A DNA stretch of 64,000 bases from Opitutia bacterium (GTDB lineage Bacteria; Verrucomicrobiota; Verrucomicrobiia; Opitutales; T3Sed10-336). The notes beneath the pieces were generated by a model. The model was not told the DNA's origin. It made no database searches and worked only from the letters and a program-made list of their open reading frames with translations. Both the position numbers and the translations under genes were made by a program. Positions 60,801 to 64,000 of this stretch are shown here, piece by piece. The DNA is taken from positions 20,045-84,044 of the forward strand of contig JBJHCF010000022.1 in the NCBI GenBank assembly GCA_050506795.1, written 5' to 3'. Every line of letters starts with the position of its first letter. The first letter of the stretch is position 1.

Positions 60801-61955
60801 GGGGTCCTGGGATTTCGGGGAGGGGCTTTCGCGGGAAATCGGAATCTTGTAATTGATTCCGGCGCCGAGGCTCGTGTCGGTGGCGACAACAACGCCCTGA
60901 ACTCCACCGCGAATCTGGTGACCGTGGACGGAACCCTGAACCTGAACGCGCGAGGCAACGGAAATGCGGGTAGTGACAATTTGAGTTTTTCGCAGACCAT
61001 CGGTCGTTTGGCCGGCAGCGGTACCATTACGACCGGCGTTCAGGGAAGCACAGGTACCCAGACACTCACGGTAAGTCACAGCGGGCCGAACGACAGTGTT
61101 TTCGAAGGCACGATTACCCAGGCCAACGGCGCAGTTTCGTTGGTCAAGTCCGGCTCCAACACACTTGTGCTCAACGGAACAACGGCCCACCGCGGAAACA
61201 CCACGGTGAATGCGGGCAGGCTGGTGATCGGCGAAACGGGTCAATTCACCTTCCACATCGGCTCCTCCGGACAAAGCAACCGGGTGCTGGGAAACGCCGA
61301 GGTCGAATTTAACGGCGCTTTTTATTTCAACCTTGATGATGCTGGATCCTCGGAAGGCGATAGTTGGGCGGTGGTCGACGTCGCCAATCTTTCGGTTGCT
61401 TTCGGACCGGCGTTCCAGGTCGGGGCGTTCGTCGAAACCGATGCCGGTCTCTGGCGGCGTAATGCCAAAGGCGTCGGTTATGAATTCGACCAGTCGACCG
61501 GAAGGCTGCAGGTGTTTGAATTGTTTGAGGAGGACGAGCTTCAACCGAAACGGAACCCTTTCGAGAAGTGGCAATTTTCCCACTTCGGGGATGGGTCGGA
61601 GGACCCTGCGCTTGCCGGGCCGTATGCCGACCCTGATGGTGACGGTATCCTCAATCTGCTGGAGTTTGCCTTGGGAGGCAACCCGCTCGTCAATTCGCGT
61701 CAACGGGTGCCAAGGGTGGGTCAGGTTGACGGTTATCTGGTCATGACCTTTTGGCGTGTGCGTGCGGCCGAAACCTTCCTGCAATACCGGGTTGAAGCGG
61801 CCAACGACAAGTCGGGACCCTGGACCGAAATATGGAGCAGCATCGACCATCCGTACTCTACGAATGATGACATGATCGAAGAATCCGTCACCGATTTCCA
61901 GCCGATCGCCGAATCCCCCACACGTTTCCTGCGACTTGTGGTGTTCGGCGAGTAA
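57822..61955 (+). CDS. Secreted alginate-lyase-like (alpha/alpha) domain + CBM6-like + FN3 + autotransporter-associated beta repeats + shared C-terminal domain
   Basis: FVHPG...DRMR, HGNQD, QESSRDQAH; GEWLTYTV (CBM6-like); YNVKRATVSGGPY...YFYVVSA (FN3); ADPDGDGILNLLEFALGGNP...RFLRLVV; substrate unknown. Confidence 0.82.
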   Translation: MNWFTKIRCTTAVAAFCALNLNAAEFVHPGGMFNRADMDRMRYQVEARIDPWHASFLELQAEPLASHSYTVRGDPGWTTVGRDPAIRRNEFESDVTAAYLNSLMWIVTGDERHAAKCVEIFNTWQNLTEVRGGGTESLNAGLYAWKLVEAAEIIRSTYDGWDPQDLKAFQDMLVYPGYSNTEVPPSLSNTNGTFYWRVYRGDPGRHGNQDMIAWRAMITMGVFLDNRIMYDRALRYFTGQPSREDDLPYPSGPSPSGPVVTDNEFFTAFQYRGSANRIPDYGYNGVLEHFIWETGQTQESSRDQAHAMFGLGTAAGIAEVAWTQGDDVWNSLENRLLKGFEFNARYNASYIAAFPDQPDPWEPDDFIQRTDRTGRWFSKKINPHFESNFVSISRGNFPGVRPIFEQALAHFDVRMGQGGEAVWTRRARDVAIAQSGYERTGWSLDHPGWGALTFRRPPLTAGDPIQGFTDGVPEFGVHRFPTTIAAVNYDYFPGSGLGRTYLDHTPENRGGHYRPNDAVDIEYDPVEGDYLTDMEAGEWLTYTVSVPADGWYRFGVRYSTANDQGAIRFSFGGADVTGAVALPDTGGPTEWEDLIVADSVFLGAGVQAMRVHVAGESHSFRLASLTVQEGELPVDPPPAPAELSATAVSSGEIRLEWSATPATATYNVKRATVSGGPYATVASGVSGLKYSDSGLTANTTYFYVVSAENNVGESDPSAEVSATTPDIFEGAWSVDADGNWSDSGNWLDGIVADGAGVTADFSRTAISDNRIVVLDTSRTIGHLVFGAGGSGNSWAIASAPEASLRLEAPEEIPSIQVNESMLLIEPVISGSQGLRKTGEGVLVLSNKNHEFDGGLTVDEGYFRVGGSGTLGGGEIRVNAGGTLDLAPSLQISDRSLSIAGSGAGGEAGAFYLDATGLGNQTRWGLSGINPAIRLLADATIRVDGDGFGPNTANFLVGRTDLGGNTLTKTGSGRLSFDTGGNGLQGAGTVHVAEGVLGFRGGAFAGNRNLVIDSGAEARVGGDNNALNSTANLVTVDGTLNLNARGNGNAGSDNLSFSQTIGRLAGSGTITTGVQGSTGTQTLTVSHSGPNDSVFEGTITQANGAVSLVKSGSNTLVLNGTTAHRGNTTVNAGRLVIGETGQFTFHIGSSGQSNRVLGNAEVEFNGAFYFNLDDAGSSEGDSWAVVDVANLSVAFGPAFQVGAFVETDAGLWRRNAKGVGYEFDQSTGRLQVFELFEEDELQPKRNPFEKWQFSHFGDGSEDPALAGPYADPDGDGILNLLEFALGGNPLVNSRQRVPRVGQVDGYLVMTFWRVRAAETFLQYRVEAANDKSGPWTEIWSSIDHPYSTNDDMIEESVTDFQPIAESPTRFLRLVVFGE

Positions 61956-62137
61956 CACAAAGCCGGCCCTGGACCGGCGGGCTTCGGGGTTGGTGTGCCC
62001 GAACCGCGCGGCGACCTTTGGCCCCTCCGGTCTTTGGAAGTTTTTCGGATTGGGCGTGTGGATTTCCTGGATTGTCAGATCGGGCCGGAGTTGTTCTTCT
62101 TTGCGAGTGAAAATGATTCGCGAAATCGGCGTGCGGC

Positions 62138-63517
62138 ATGATCGATCTGATTGGAGAGTTTAACCAACGCCTCAACGCGATCGTTTGGGGGCCGCCGTTT
62201 ATGATCCTGCTGGTGGGGACGGGGCTCTACCTGACGATCCGTTTGGGCTTTTTCCAGTTCACCCATTTCCGTTACATTTGGGGCGAGACGTTCGGAAGGC
62301 TTTTGCGGGGTCGGCAGGAAGGGCACTCGGTGGGAACGCTGAGCCCGTTTCAGGCGGTGAGTTCGGCCATGGCGGCGACCATCGGAGTGGGCAATATAGC
62401 CGGGGTGGCGACGGCGATGGCGCTGGGCGGTCCGGGAGCGGTTTTCTGGATGTGGGTGGTGGCGCTGGTGGGGATGGCCACGAAGTTTGGCGAGGCGACC
62501 CTGGGGACGCATTTTCGTCAGGTGGATCCGGACGGCCGAATTTCAGGCGGCGTCTTTTATTACATCGAGAAGGGCCTGGGGCCCAAGTGGAAACCGCTGG
62601 CAATACTGTACGCCTTGTTCGCCGGCTTGGCCGCTTTTGGGATCGGTAATATGGTTCAGGCCAACACGCTGGCCCACGCGCTGGAAAGTGGTTTCGCCGT
62701 GCCGAACTGGGTCGCGGGGATCGTCGCCCTGGTGTTCGTGGGGGTGGTGACGCTGGGCGGAATCCAGCGCATCGGCAAGACCGCGGAGCGGTTGGTGCCG
62801 TTTATGGCGATCGTTTATGTCGTTGGCGCCCTGGCCATCCTGGTGCTGCACCTCAATGCGGTACCGGCCGCCCTGGGGGCGATTTTTCATCACGCGTTTG
62901 CGCCGGCGCCGGCGGCGGGCGGGTTTGCCGGGGCGGTGGTGGCGGAAGCGATTCGTTACGGAATCGCCCGCGGCATTTTTTCCAACGAAGCCGGTCTGGG
63001 ATCCGCATCCATTGTGTATGCCCAGTCGCGGAATCGGCCGGTCGGACAGGGAATGTGGGCGATCTGGGAGGTGTTCATCGACACCATGGTGATCTGCACC
63101 ATGACGGCCCTGGTGATCATGGTGACGGGGGCGCTGGAAACCGGCGCCACGGGCGCGGAACTCGCCGGCAACGCCTTTAGCAAAGGGCTACCCGGCGCCG
63201 GGGGGTACATGGTTCTGATCGGGTTGGTTTTGTTTTCGTACACCACCATGCTCACTTGGAACTTTTACGGTGAGAAGAGTTGCGAATACGTGCTGGGGCG
63301 CCGCAGCGCGGTGCCATACCGGCTGTTGTTCCTCGGTTTTATTCCGGTCGGCGCGATGATGGATTTGGAGCTGATTTGGGGCATTGCCGACACCCTGAAC
63401 GGCCTGATGGCGGCTCCCAACCTTATCGCCCTGCTGCTGCTTGCCGGAGTGCTCGCGGCGTTGAAAAGGCGGGCGCTGAGCGAAGCCCTTCGCCGGGGTC
63501 AAGGCAGGGGGGAGTGA
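62138..63517 (+). CDS. Alanine/glycine:cation symporter (AGCS family)
   Basis: GVGNIAGVA, GGPGAVFWMW, GNMVQAN, RGIFSNEAGLGS, FIDTMVICTMTA, MAAPNL. Confidence 0.95.
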   Translation: MIDLIGEFNQRLNAIVWGPPFMILLVGTGLYLTIRLGFFQFTHFRYIWGETFGRLLRGRQEGHSVGTLSPFQAVSSAMAATIGVGNIAGVATAMALGGPGAVFWMWVVALVGMATKFGEATLGTHFRQVDPDGRISGGVFYYIEKGLGPKWKPLAILYALFAGLAAFGIGNMVQANTLAHALESGFAVPNWVAGIVALVFVGVVTLGGIQRIGKTAERLVPFMAIVYVVGALAILVLHLNAVPAALGAIFHHAFAPAPAAGGFAGAVVAEAIRYGIARGIFSNEAGLGSASIVYAQSRNRPVGQGMWAIWEVFIDTMVICTMTALVIMVTGALETGATGAELAGNAFSKGLPGAGGYMVLIGLVLFSYTTMLTWNFYGEKSCEYVLGRRSAVPYRLLFLGFIPVGAMMDLELIWGIADTLNGLMAAPNLIALLLLAGVLAALKRRALSEALRRGQGRGE

Positions 63518-63679
63518 TCCCTTCGACGAGCTCAGGGCAGGGGAGGGAGGGGTGGAGTGGTGGAGTGGGGGAGGGGTGGAGTGGTGGAGTGGGGGAGGGG
63601 TGGAGTGGGGGAGGGGTTCTTCGACAGGCTCGGGGCAGGGGAGTGGACTGTCCATGGATCGTCTATTGTCTATCGTCTA
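63486..63679. repeat. Composite repeat: three 25-bp REP-like units, a G-rich 24-bp tandem array and short heptamer repeats
   Basis: cccttcgccggggtcaaggcagggg (63486), cccttcgacgagctcagggcagggg (63519), ttcttcgacaggctcggggcagggg (63617); ggaggggtggagtggtggagtggg x2 plus a partial copy (63546-63616); tcgtcta/ttgtcta x3 (63659-63679). Confidence 0.85.
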
Positions 63680-64000
63680 TTCCGGCTGCGCCGGGGCATC
63701 GTCTATCCACGAAGGACGGGACACGCGGACGCGGGCGAAGCGGTTTGGCGATTCACCTTCCAAATTCGGGGCTTCGTAACGTACGTATTCCCAGTTGCCA
63801 AAGCTTTGGCGAATCTCCGCGGTTTGTTTTTGTGATATCCATTCGGAAAGGTCTTGGGAGAACTCGACGTGGTAGGTGATTTCGGGATTGGTCTCCGGAC
63901 TGCGGCGGAGAAAGGCGACATTGAGCCGAGCGGTTTCGGGATCGTACCAGGTGACGGGAAGGCCCGGTGTGTCGTCGTCGGCGCCGACGACCCCCCCGAA
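63677..64000 (-). CDS. C-terminal 107 aa of a gene running off the window edge; carries the shared C-terminal domain (absent from the ORF track)
   Basis: Manual translation: FGGVVGADDDTPGLPVTWYDPETARLNVAFLRRSPETNPEITYHVEFSQDLSEWISQKQTAEIRQSFGNWEYVRYEAPNLEGESPNRFARVRVSRPSWIDDAPAQPE*. Confidence 0.8.
   Translation of the reverse strand, partial: FGGVVGADDDTPGLPVTWYDPETARLNVAFLRRSPETNPEITYHVEFSQDLSEWISQKQTAEIRQSFGNWEYVRYEAPNLEGESPNRFARVRVSRPSWIDDAPAQPE

Noticed and set aside
54667..61955. Classical type V autotransporters
   Set aside because: Passenger-type repeats are present but there is no C-terminal beta-barrel; the proteins end in the shared domain instead.
63546..63616. Possible CRISPR array or short ORFs (HHSTPPPL and EWWSGGGV repeats)
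   Set aside because: Tandem low-complexity repeat without unique spacers; the ORFs are just its translations.
1..64000. Transposases, integrases, prophage or defence genes
   Set aside because: None recognised in any listed ORF.

Overview
Bacterial DNA, most likely from a Verrucomicrobiota (Opitutae-like) genome. This is inferred from a PEP-CTERM protein, '[24 protein letters not shown]' prepilin-type proteins, lpxI and autotransporter-associated beta-repeat proteins. The window is dominated by glycan-use loci: (1) 1-15.5 kb, a sialic-acid/nonulosonate locus (ROK kinase, PTE-like hydrolase, Kelch+SSS transporter fusion, two regulators, nanA, a prepilin-type protein, a large repeat protein, two GH33-like sialidases); (2) 15.6-25.4 kb, a ferritin-like protein, Gfo/Idh/MocA + TIM-barrel isomerase + DUF1080 enzymes, an isolated rapZ and a sulfatase, ending at tRNA-Ala(GGC); (3) 26-34 kb, housekeeping genes (lpxI, metY, proB, frr, pyrH, DUF2071) and three hypothetical proteins; (4) 34.5-50 kb, a sugar ABC transporter, an oxidative L-hexose pathway, GH43 and GH95; (5) 50-62 kb, LacI, a 2-hydroxyacid dehydrogenase, a second prepilin-type protein, a PEP-CTERM protein and two large secreted proteins; then an alanine symporter, a G-rich repeat and a truncated minus-strand gene. 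The strongest signal is a cassette that occurs twice: regulator - catabolic enzyme - pseudopilin - secreted proteins that share domains in a chain and end in a common ~130-aa C-terminal domain (five copies in the window). No TonB-dependent/SusCD genes were recognised. This is a candidate for an undescribed or poorly described glycan-foraging and protein-sorting system. All calls come from motif recognition by eye; no database search was run.
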